From positions 2,368,001-2,432,000 of the forward strand of contig CP084166.1 in NCBI GenBank assembly GCA_021513695.1: 64,000 nt of DNA, in the 5' to 3' direction. Position numbers and translations under genes: made by a program. Below, in pieces: positions 18,875-27,411 of this stretch; the first letter of the stretch is position 1; each line of letters starts with the position of its first letter. Under the pieces are notes generated by a model. That model was not told the origin of the DNA. It saw only the letters and a program-made list of their open reading frames with translations, and made no database searches. This stretch comes from Candidatus Heimdallarchaeum aukensis. Its GTDB lineage: Archaea; Asgardarchaeota; Heimdallarchaeia; Heimdallarchaeales; Heimdallarchaeaceae.

Positions 18875-21037
18875 ATGCAGTATAAGAAAAAAACTTTCTA
18901 TTGTTTGTTATTTATTGGGGTTATATTTACAACTTTGTTCTTGTATCTATACCCATTCAATTCTAAAATAACTTTTGTAAGTGATTATAAAGATTATACA
19001 TATTCATCTAATATTGAGATAGTAAAACAAGATTACACAGAGGATTTTGATAGAGAAATAAGTTTATCAGATTTTCTTACTTATTCAATTGAACCTTATG
19101 TTCTTGATTTTGAAAAAGATCAATCATTCGAATTTTTTGTTATCTCAAATCGTTATAATGAAACTGAAGGAAATAAATTATTTTTACTAAAAGATGCTAG
19201 TATTATGCCTAACTGGCCAATTCAACTAGATGTGGATATTGAGGATGTAGTAGGTCAAGAGACTTATGATAACGAACAAATTGTAATAGTAAGAGCTAAA
19301 GATAAGAATAGTATCAATCAAACCTTATTTTATGGCATAAATAAAAATGGAGACGTGATCAGTTCATTTACAAAAGTAGTAGGAGAAACATTTAGTGGAG
19401 ATACTTTATTTGGTGACATTGATGAGGACGGTCTAAATGAATTTGTGATACATAGTAACTATCAGGTCTTTGTGTATGAAGATGATTTTACATTAAAAGA
19501 GAATTGGCCAAAAGAAACAAATGAGACAATCTTTTCAGAAATTGTTGTGGAAGATGTAAATTTAGATGGAAGAAAGGATATTGTAACCCTAACTGAGCAA
19601 GGACTAATCTTTGTATGGGATTGGAATGGAACATTGTTAAGTCACTTTACTAAAAGGATTGATCTTCTATATTACAAAAATGGGGAAGGATTTAGAGTCA
19701 TGCCCATAGTGACAGACAGTAATAAGGATGGAGTAGTAGAGATTTTCGCTTCATCAACCTTTGGTTATCTCTATTGTCTAGAACTATCTAAAGCAAAAAC
19801 AAGCACTTATTATCAAAAATTACCTAATGCTATTTATAGTTTAAATCAAGCTACTGCTAGCGATATAAACAAGGATGGACTAATTGATATCATACAACCT
19901 TTCTCCGATGGTTTTTATATTTTTAATTTTAATAAAAGCTTGGAAGTTAAGACAAAAGTAGAAGGGTCTTATTCTTTCACGGGAGCTCCTGTACTAGCAG
20001 ATATAAACAAAGATAATACACTGGAACTAATTTTTGTTTCCGACTATCGTTTACTAGTTTTCAATTATACTGGGGTTGAAAATCAAAATTATGAAAGATC
20101 AATCCCCTATGCTTATAGTAATGGAATTTCACCTATTGTATTTGATAGTGATAGTGATAGTGAGATTGAGATAGTCTATTTAAATAATTATGGAAAAATA
20201 AAAATATTCGAAACAAATGATTTTGGATTGCTTCCATGGTTGTTCAAGTATTCTTCTCCTCTACATTCTGTTAATAATGACTATGATAGTGATGGATTGT
20301 TAAATTATGAAGAAGAAATAGTAGGCAGCGACCCTCTAAACTCTGACAGCGATTCTGATACAGTTTATGATGGAGAAGAAGTTAATCAATATGTGATGAA
20401 TCCTATTATTGCTGATTTATCTTTAGATAGTGATGAAGACAATTTAACTAATATTGAAGAAGTAGACATTTATTTAACAAATCCGTTAAATCCAGACAGT
20501 GATTTTGACGGGTTAAAAGATGGAGAGGAAGTACTTATTTATTCAACGAACCCATTATCTATTGATTCAGACGAAGATGGGTTGCCAGATTCTTTTGAAG
20601 TAGAATATACTTTTTTAGATCCAAATGATGCTGATGATGCTCAGTTAGATTATGATGGAGATAATTTGTCAAATTTAGAAGAATACCTTTATGGAACTGA
20701 TCCAAGTAATCCTGATACTGATTCCGATACTCTTTCTGATGGAGATGAAATTTATAGATACTTTACGAATCCTATAGTTCCTGATGCTGATGCTGATTAT
20801 GATGGAGATGGCTTAACCAATGTTGAAGAAGTAGATATTTATCATACTGACCCATCTTCAGCAGATAGCGATGGTGATGGAATAAATGATGGTGAAGAAA
20901 TAGAAAAGGGGTCAGACCCTAATGATCCACAAAGTATACCTAAAACATCAAAAATTCATTTTGATACATTTTTCATGGTAATTTCACTTTTTTCTCTAAT
21001 CTTTGTAATTACTTTAGTAAAAAGGGCAAGGAATTAA
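18875..21037 (+). CDS. Integrin-alpha-like surface protein: FG-GAP/VCBS beta-propeller, TSP type-3-like Ca-binding repeats and C-terminal TM anchor
   Basis: N-terminal signal/anchor helix. At least 6 D-x-[ND]-x-D-G-x-x-[DE] loops about 46-55 aa apart (GDIDEDGLNEF, EDVNLDGRKDI, TDSNKDGVVEI, SDINKDGLIDI, ADINKDNTLEL, FDSDSDSEIEI). A C-terminal array of NP..DSD.DG..DGEE repeats. Ends LIFVITLVKRARN. Confidence 0.75.
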   Translation: MQYKKKTFYCLLFIGVIFTTLFLYLYPFNSKITFVSDYKDYTYSSNIEIVKQDYTEDFDREISLSDFLTYSIEPYVLDFEKDQSFEFFVISNRYNETEGNKLFLLKDASIMPNWPIQLDVDIEDVVGQETYDNEQIVIVRAKDKNSINQTLFYGINKNGDVISSFTKVVGETFSGDTLFGDIDEDGLNEFVIHSNYQVFVYEDDFTLKENWPKETNETIFSEIVVEDVNLDGRKDIVTLTEQGLIFVWDWNGTLLSHFTKRIDLLYYKNGEGFRVMPIVTDSNKDGVVEIFASSTFGYLYCLELSKAKTSTYYQKLPNAIYSLNQATASDINKDGLIDIIQPFSDGFYIFNFNKSLEVKTKVEGSYSFTGAPVLADINKDNTLELIFVSDYRLLVFNYTGVENQNYERSIPYAYSNGISPIVFDSDSDSEIEIVYLNNYGKIKIFETNDFGLLPWLFKYSSPLHSVNNDYDSDGLLNYEEEIVGSDPLNSDSDSDTVYDGEEVNQYVMNPIIADLSLDSDEDNLTNIEEVDIYLTNPLNPDSDFDGLKDGEEVLIYSTNPLSIDSDEDGLPDSFEVEYTFLDPNDADDAQLDYDGDNLSNLEEYLYGTDPSNPDTDSDTLSDGDEIYRYFTNPIVPDADADYDGDGLTNVEEVDIYHTDPSSADSDGDGINDGEEIEKGSDPNDPQSIPKTSKIHFDTFFMVISLFSLIFVITLVKRARN
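20279..20935 (+). repeat. Coding tandem array of about 8 thrombospondin-type-3-like acidic repeats
   Basis: Repeats read directly: DYDSDGLLNYEEE, DSDSDTVYDGEEV, DSDEDNLTNIEEV, DSDFDGLKDGEEV, DSDEDGLPDSFEV, DYDGDNLSNLEEY, DTDSDTLSDGDEI, DYDGDGLTNVEEV, DSDGDGINDGEEI. Confidence 0.8.
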
Positions 21038-21047
21038 AAAAATCAAC

Positions 21048-21530
21048 TTAAAATTCCCAAATGTAAGTAACTCCTTGTCCATCATCTTCACAAACAGAAA
21101 CCTTTAAGCTTTTAATGTTTTTTTCGTTGAATTTTTTTTCTTTTATCAATAACTCTGTAAAATATCTACTTAGTTCTTCAACTGTAGTATTTTCAATAGG
21201 TAAAATTTTAACATCCTCTTTTGGGATTTCATATTCTTTATCTAATCTAGGCACTTTAATGATTACTTGTTTATCTGTTTCAATAATCTCTAGATGTTTA
21301 TTATACCTCGGTAAAATGAGGTGATGATCAAGTGAATCAACAACGGGTTGAACTATTCTCTTTATATCATAAAAATTGACCACCATATTGTCTTTAGATT
21401 GCTGTCCAACAATATTTACTTGAACAGTATAATTGTGTCCATGTAATTTTTCAAAAAAGCTTTCTCCAATAACAATATGAGAGCAAGAAAATATGAAATA
21501 CTCCCTGGATAAAAACAAATCATAGCTCAT
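21048..21530 (-). CDS. 6-pyruvoyl-tetrahydropterin synthase / QueD family protein
   Basis: FSCSHIV...EKLHGHNYTVQVNIVG (Cys plus the HGHxY zinc/catalytic motif); 160 aa. Confidence 0.7.
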   Translation of the reverse strand: MSYDLFLSREYFIFSCSHIVIGESFFEKLHGHNYTVQVNIVGQQSKDNMVVNFYDIKRIVQPVVDSLDHHLILPRYNKHLEIIETDKQVIIKVPRLDKEYEIPKEDVKILPIENTTVEELSRYFTELLIKEKKFNEKNIKSLKVSVCEDDGQGVTYIWEF

Positions 21531-21612
21531 TTTGTTATAAGTATCCTTCTATTAATTGAATTTTGCTATTGAATACCTTGCTTAATCTTTTCGAATGGGA
21601 GCATATTAGTTT

Positions 21613-22554
21613 TTATAATTCTGCAGATGATAATATTATATTTTCAAGTTCTTGGATTTCTAAGTCAATATCAACTAAAAAAACTAAAAATTCTGACATT
21701 ATTGATGCTAGTTCATTTCTCAACTCTTTTCCAAGTTTTATTAGTTCTTCAACAGAGGAAATATCATCTAAACCCCATGAAAGAACATCACATAATCTTC
21801 CAAGTTGTTCGTCAGGTATTTTCTCTTCTTCTTTTGCTTTACTGTTAGTTGAAATTTGAGAAAGAATTTTTTCTGCAGTATTAATTTCATCTTCAAAAAC
21901 AGTGGTCAATGGATTTATACTCATATCTAACAATTCACGCAAAATCATCTGGGCTTTATCCCCAAGTTCAGCAGCCTGAAAGGAAAGATCTGTTATTTCT
22001 TCTACTTGCTCCTTTTGGAGTTGCACAATTTCATTAGGTTCTGCAAAAAATTTCTGAATATATTCTCTGTTCTTTTCATTAACTAATGATATTTGTTGTC
22101 TAAAACTGGAAGATTCTTCAGACTCTGAAGAGAGGAGAAAATAAATTTCTTGCCATTTACTGTTTAACTTTTCCTTGGTTAAAAACAAGTCCTTTGCTTT
22201 TTCCAAAACATTAATTATTTTCTCTATGATAGCTTCTTTTTCTATCAAACCTTTTGTACGTGCACGAGAAACTTCCTCATTAAATTCTCTGGAAACACTT
22301 TCATTTCCTCGAAGATTCTCTATAAGAGAACTCTGATAATATGTTCTCGCGAGAGAAGCCATAAGTGAAAGAAGCGATGAGCGCAAAGAAAAAAGTGATC
22401 CTTCATCTGAACTCAAAAAAATATCTATATGCTCAAATAAAGAACCCATTTTTTTATATAGTTTACGTATTGGCCTGTAGTTTAAATTGTCGAGAAATTT
22501 ACCTAGTAAGGTCTGTCTCTCTAGAACAGTATCAGTATAATTATGCATTGTCAT
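21613..22554 (-). CDS. Hypothetical all-helical protein (313 aa)
   Basis: Long ORF with an E/K/L/S-rich helical composition. No motif recognised. The antisense ORFs at 21563-21859 are judged spurious. Confidence 0.5.
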   Translation of the reverse strand: MTMHNYTDTVLERQTLLGKFLDNLNYRPIRKLYKKMGSLFEHIDIFLSSDEGSLFSLRSSLLSLMASLARTYYQSSLIENLRGNESVSREFNEEVSRARTKGLIEKEAIIEKIINVLEKAKDLFLTKEKLNSKWQEIYFLLSSESEESSSFRQQISLVNEKNREYIQKFFAEPNEIVQLQKEQVEEITDLSFQAAELGDKAQMILRELLDMSINPLTTVFEDEINTAEKILSQISTNSKAKEEEKIPDEQLGRLCDVLSWGLDDISSVEELIKLGKELRNELASIMSEFLVFLVDIDLEIQELENIILSSAEL

Positions 22555-22690
22555 GAGTCCCCAGAAACAATTTTCTCCAGTAGACGATAATATCTACATA
22601 GTCTAATATATTATTTTCCCTACTACAAGTCACTTAATTGTGAAAAGTTTAAATATTTTAAAGAGAAAAAAAAAATTTTAAAAAATAAAG

Positions 22691-23236
22691 TTAGAGTAAT
22701 TTTTTTGTTTTCGCTACATACCAACCTAAAATAGTTGCTCCGTGAATAATCACATTTCTCTGTATCATCTTTTCAACTTCACTTTTTGACAATTCTAAAA
22801 CTTCAATAAACTCATTTTCGTCTAGTTTCTGATTCCCTTCTTTTTCTACGATTGCAAAGTAAAGGTGTCCCCAACTACTACTAAAAGCTACAGGATGCCA
22901 AGTTAATAAAGGTTCAATAGAAAGCACTTTATAACCCGTTTCTTCCCTTACTTCTCTTTTAGCCGAAAGAGTTGGATCTTCTTCTGGTTCTATAAGACCA
23001 GCAGGAATCTCAATACTAACGCTACTCCACGGATATCTGTATTGTTTTATCATAACTATTTTTTCGTCTTTTGTCATGCATATTGTGGCTGTGAAGTTTT
23101 TACTCTCAACAACAGAAAATTCTACTTCTTTGCCTTTTGGATTCTGCACTTTATCATTTCTTACTCTGAGATAATTGTTGGAAAAAACTTCATTTTTATT
23201 TATACATATCCAGTTGCTTATATCCATTAAAATCAC
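22691..23236 (-). CDS. Nudix hydrolase (ADP-ribose pyrophosphatase-like)
   Basis: Exact Nudix box GLIEPEEDPTLSAKREVREETGY (G-x5-E-x7-REUxEExGU). Confidence 0.85.
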   Translation of the reverse strand: MILMDISNWICINKNEVFSNNYLRVRNDKVQNPKGKEVEFSVVESKNFTATICMTKDEKIVMIKQYRYPWSSVSIEIPAGLIEPEEDPTLSAKREVREETGYKVLSIEPLLTWHPVAFSSSWGHLYFAIVEKEGNQKLDENEFIEVLELSKSEVEKMIQRNVIIHGATILGWYVAKTKKLL

Positions 23237-23272
23237 AATTCCTTAAAAATAAAAAGAAAAAGAAATTTAATT

Positions 23273-24490
23273 TTATTCACTTTCTTTTTTTTGGTTGTGC
23301 TCTTTAATTAGTTTTGTTAATTCTGGAATAATTTTTAGTACATCTCCAATAACTGACAAATTCGCTACTTTAAATATAGGTGCTTCGGGGTCATTGTTTA
23401 CTGCAATTATAACATCAGAGCTTTTCATTCCTACTAGGTGTTGTACTGCTCCAGAAATTCCAAAAGCTAAGTAGAGATTAGGAGAAACGGTTTTTCCTGA
23501 TTGACCAACTTGTCTAGCATGAGGTAACCAACCTATATCCACCAAAGCTCTTGATCCAGATAAAGTCGCACCCATTGCTTCAGCTAGTTCTTGAGCAATT
23601 TTTATATTTTCTTTGCTTTCTATTCCTCTACCGACGGATACAAGTTTATCTGCCTCTTCTATATTTACAACTTCATCTAAAACGTGTATCTCTTCAAGTA
23701 TTTTTGTTCTGATAGAAGAACGTTTAAGGGTCACTTCAAAAATCTCAGTCTCACCTTCTCTTGTTTGATCTTCTTTGGGTTTCTTGAACACATTAGGTCT
23801 TACAGTAGACATCTGAGGACGGGTATATGGAGATAAGATAGATGCCATGATGTTTCCACCAAAGGCAGGTCTTGTTTGAACTAATTGGTTCTCTTCATCA
23901 ATATCTAATCCTGTACAATCAGCTGTTAGACCTAATCCTAATCTCGCAGCTATTCTAGGCGCAAGATCTCTTCCATTGGGTGTTGCTCCATAAAGAACAA
24001 TTGAAGGTTTTTTTGCAGCAATTATGCTTGAGATTACTGTAGCATAACCATCAGTAGTATAAGCACCTAATAATTCATGTTCTGCTAAGATAACTTTATC
24101 TGCACCATGATGGAATAATGTAGGAATTAGTTCTTTAACTTTATATCCGGCTAAAACAACGGTTAATTCTTCATTTAATCTATCTGCAAGTTCTCTTCCT
24201 TTTCCTAATAGTTCCAAGACGACATTCTTGATATGTGGAACGTTTTCTCTTTTCTCCCATTCTCCCCATATGAAAACACCAGTGTATTGAGACAATTGTT
24301 CTTTTGAAATTGTTTTTCTTTCAATAGTTAGTGCTCCATAGGGACAAGCATTAACACATGTTCCACATAAAGTACAATTTTCTAGAACTTTAGCCTTTTT
24401 TGTGTCTGCTGGAACAATTATTGCTCCGAAAGGACAAACTTTTTCGCAAATTCCACAACCAATGCATTTTTCTATATCAACGATTAACAT
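23273..24490 (-). CDS. etfA: Electron-transfer flavoprotein alpha subunit with N-terminal 2x[4Fe-4S] ferredoxin domain
   Basis: CIGCGICEKVCP and CTLCGTCVNACP clusters. C-terminal ETF-alpha FAD motif PNLYLAFGISGAVQHLVGM. Confidence 0.85.
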   Translation of the reverse strand: MLIVDIEKCIGCGICEKVCPFGAIIVPADTKKAKVLENCTLCGTCVNACPYGALTIERKTISKEQLSQYTGVFIWGEWEKRENVPHIKNVVLELLGKGRELADRLNEELTVVLAGYKVKELIPTLFHHGADKVILAEHELLGAYTTDGYATVISSIIAAKKPSIVLYGATPNGRDLAPRIAARLGLGLTADCTGLDIDEENQLVQTRPAFGGNIMASILSPYTRPQMSTVRPNVFKKPKEDQTREGETEIFEVTLKRSSIRTKILEEIHVLDEVVNIEEADKLVSVGRGIESKENIKIAQELAEAMGATLSGSRALVDIGWLPHARQVGQSGKTVSPNLYLAFGISGAVQHLVGMKSSDVIIAVNNDPEAPIFKVANLSVIGDVLKIIPELTKLIKEHNQKKESE

Positions 24491-24496
24491 TTTTCA

Positions 24497-24502
24497 TCCT
24501 CC
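24497..24502 (-). promoter_or_regulatory. Shine-Dalgarno-like GGAGGA upstream of etfA
   Basis: The minus strand reads aaaGGAGGAtgaaaaATG, giving a 6-nt spacer to ATG 24490. Confidence 0.4.
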
Positions 24503-24503
24503 T

Positions 24504-25304
24504 TTAAATAAAATTATTAGCTACCAAGAATTCAAAGATCTTCTTTGCTGCAAGTTTAGGTTCCTCTCTTCCATCGATTATTTCTCCTCCACCTTTTTCT
24601 GGAGGGGCAAAAACTTTTGCGACTTGAGTAGGTGAAGCATTTAATCCTACTTTTGTGTCATCTGCTCCAATTTCATCTGCAGACACAATCTCCAAGGGCT
24701 TCTTTCTTGCTTCTAACACTTGTTTCATAGAAGGCATACGGCGAATATTAGATCCTTTACTCATAGTTACCAAAGCAGGCAACCTTGTGGAAACAATTTG
24801 GTATCCTTCTTCAGTCTCACGTTTGACAATTATTTTCTTGTTTTCTAACTTTGTGTTTACTCCATAAGTGATTTGAGGGATAGCAAGATGTTCTGCTGTT
24901 TCAGGTGGTACTTGAGCGGTGTCACCATCAATTGCTTGTTTTCCAGCAAAAATTAAATCAAAGTCAGGAACAAGTTTTTTCACACCTAAAGACAAAGCAT
25001 TTGAAGTTGCCCAAACGTCAGAACCTGCAAATTTTCTGTCAGAGAGTAAATAAGCTTTATCTGCTCCCAGTTCTAAACAACGCATAAGAGCATTTTTGGC
25101 TTGTGGTGGGCCCATGCTTATTGCTATTACTTCTATTTCTTTTTCTGGATATTCTTGTTTGAGTCTAACAGCTTCATCAAGAGCATACTCACAAAAAGGA
25201 TTGAGGATTGAAGCCACTCCTTCTCGAATTAAAGTACCTGTTTCTGGGTTAACAGCGACTTTATCAGCTTCAGGTACTTGTTTAACTAATACAACAATTT
25301 TCAT
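24504..25304 (-). CDS. etfB: Electron-transfer flavoprotein beta subunit
   Basis: MKIVVLVKQVPE N-terminus and overall ETF-beta pattern. The start overlaps the upstream stop by 1 nt (TAATG). Confidence 0.85.
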   Translation of the reverse strand: MKIVVLVKQVPEADKVAVNPETGTLIREGVASILNPFCEYALDEAVRLKQEYPEKEIEVIAISMGPPQAKNALMRCLELGADKAYLLSDRKFAGSDVWATSNALSLGVKKLVPDFDLIFAGKQAIDGDTAQVPPETAEHLAIPQITYGVNTKLENKKIIVKRETEEGYQIVSTRLPALVTMSKGSNIRRMPSMKQVLEARKKPLEIVSADEIGADDTKVGLNASPTQVAKVFAPPEKGGGEIIDGREEPKLAAKKIFEFLVANNFI

Positions 25305-26944
25305 TATTTTTTCACCTCTATATCAAAAATGTTTCCTGGATTAAGGATACAGTTGGGGTCAATGCTCAATTTTACATGTCGCATTTGATCTACGTTTTCT
25401 TCTCCATACATTATTATCAAGTACTCATGCTTAATTTTACCTATTCCATGCTCTGCAGAAACAGAACCCCCAAACTCTACAGCTTTCTTCGCGAATTTTT
25501 TGTAAAGAAGTTTTCCTTGCTCTAGATCTTCCATGTTCCTTGGGAGAATATTAACATGAACATGATTGTCACCTATATGTCCCCAAATTACATATTCTAA
25601 ACCTGCTTCTTCAAGTGATTCATGATAAAATTTCATCATATCAACTAAGTGTTCATCAGTAACAGACATGTCAGTTCCAAGTTTATGAATCTCAGGGTAG
25701 GTCTTCTTCCTTTCGGCAATTAAGTTATTGACTATTTCTGGTACAGCATGTCTAAAATGCTTGAATCTAGCTCTTTCTCGCTCTTCATAACCACACCAAG
25801 TGTTCTCTAATGAGGAGTTACATTGTTCAAGGAAATCACCAACTTCAGAAATAATAGTTTCTATAGTCTCCTCGTCAAAGGGTAAATCAAAAGATATTGC
25901 TGCTTCTGCAGTTTTAGATATTGTAGGCATATCGACAAATTTTGGATCTTCCTCTTGTTTATTTCTTAACAAAGTTAAAGCGTTTTTATCAAAGTATTCA
26001 ATGAATTCTGGTTTGAAAGTTGATTTTTTACGAAGCAAATCAACAAAATGTAGTGCGTCTATTTCTTTATCAAAAAATGCCACATTAGACATATGACTTT
26101 CATATTCCTTAATCCACAATTCTGCTTCTGTGATTACTCCCAAAATTCCTTCAGAGCCAATAAACAAGTCAATAAGATCCATATCTGGCTTTGCATAAAG
26201 TCCTGCAGCATTTTTTGCCTTAGGCATTTCGTAAGTTGGAATAGTTAACTTGATTTCTCCTTCTTTTGTTTTAATGATAAAATAGCCATCTTTAGCCAAA
26301 TATTTACCTCTTGGAATGTCGAGAACCTCTCCTGTTGGAATGACAACACGAATTCTTCTGACCCACTCTCTTGTAGCTCCATACCTAAAAGAACGGGCAC
26401 CAGAAGCATTAGCAGCGATAGTTCCTCCTACAGCTGCACTAGTTTCTGTTGGATCAATTGGATAGTAATAAGTGTTCAATTCTTTAAATTTCTCAACCCA
26501 ATTCTTTTCGGGAGGAATACTCTGATTTTCTTCGAACTTTTTTAATTTAACAATGTCATTTAGTTCAGATAAGGTAACATTTGGTTCAAGGCGTACAAAC
26601 CATCGTTTTTCCTCTTCATCGTACCCAATTCCTTTTACTGAATTTAACTGTTCGAAGGAAATGATAACTCCACCATAAAGAGGTACAGCTGAACCAACTA
26701 TTCCAGTTCTAGCTGCAGAAATGGTTACTGGTATTTTTTCTTCGTTAAGTTTTTTAATAATTGTAGCTACTTCTTGCTCATTTTTAGGGAAAAAAATCTT
26801 TTCCGCATGTCCTCCGCTTATTTTTGATTCGTCAAATAAATAACCAGGATGAGAAATTCTTATTTCTTCCTCTCCTTCAATGACCCTAATAGTTTCAAGG
26901 GGTACTTCTTCTACTGTTTCAGGGATAACTATATTATTAGTCAT
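25304..26944 (-). CDS. FAD-linked oxidase, GlcD / D-lactate dehydrogenase (LctD)-like
   Basis: PCMH-type FAD domain (VTISAARTGIVGSAVPLYGGVIISFEQLN). C-terminal GHIGDNHVHVNILP and SAEHGIGKIK. Confidence 0.8.
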   Translation of the reverse strand: MTNNIVIPETVEEVPLETIRVIEGEEEIRISHPGYLFDESKISGGHAEKIFFPKNEQEVATIIKKLNEEKIPVTISAARTGIVGSAVPLYGGVIISFEQLNSVKGIGYDEEEKRWFVRLEPNVTLSELNDIVKLKKFEENQSIPPEKNWVEKFKELNTYYYPIDPTETSAAVGGTIAANASGARSFRYGATREWVRRIRVVIPTGEVLDIPRGKYLAKDGYFIIKTKEGEIKLTIPTYEMPKAKNAAGLYAKPDMDLIDLFIGSEGILGVITEAELWIKEYESHMSNVAFFDKEIDALHFVDLLRKKSTFKPEFIEYFDKNALTLLRNKQEEDPKFVDMPTISKTAEAAISFDLPFDEETIETIISEVGDFLEQCNSSLENTWCGYEERERARFKHFRHAVPEIVNNLIAERKKTYPEIHKLGTDMSVTDEHLVDMMKFYHESLEEAGLEYVIWGHIGDNHVHVNILPRNMEDLEQGKLLYKKFAKKAVEFGGSVSAEHGIGKIKHEYLIIMYGEENVDQMRHVKLSIDPNCILNPGNIFDIEVKK

Positions 26945-27050
26945 ACAGAACTCTCCTTAATAAGCTTAAGTAGGAGTGAAACATTCAGTTTAAAAAATTA
27001 ACTCATATCTACGAACAAAAAAATATAAGTTCTAATTTTAATAGACAGAT

Positions 27051-27374
27051 ATGAGCTACTATAAAATAATTACTTTAGTTCCAGAAGAAGTCATCGGGGA
27101 TTTAATGGATGAACTGAATAAAGTGGTAAAGCCCATTTATCCAAATTATGATTATGTTTTTACATATTCAAAAGTAATTAGTACTTGGAGACCACTATCA
27201 GGTTCTAACCCTTTTAAAGGAAAAATAAATCAAATAGAACATTCTTCAGAGATAAAACTAGAAATAAATGTGCATAAAGAAAATATTGATGATGTAATTA
27301 GTACGATTAAAAAAATTCATCCATATGAATGTCCTGTCATTGAGTATTTCGAAATAAGAATTCCAGGTTTCTAA
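27051..27374 (+). CDS. Nif3/YqfO-insert-like small protein (COG3323 family)
   Basis: YKIITLVPEE...WRPLSGSNPFKGKINQIEHSSEIKLEI...IKKIHPYECPVIEYFEI matches the remembered COG3323 pattern (..F.PL.GSNPF.G..G.....EE.R.E......HPYEEPA). Confidence 0.55.
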   Translation: MSYYKIITLVPEEVIGDLMDELNKVVKPIYPNYDYVFTYSKVISTWRPLSGSNPFKGKINQIEHSSEIKLEINVHKENIDDVISTIKKIHPYECPVIEYFEIRIPGF

Positions 27375-27411
27375 CATTTATTATTGAGTTAAAAAAAGAA
27401 TCAAGATGCGA

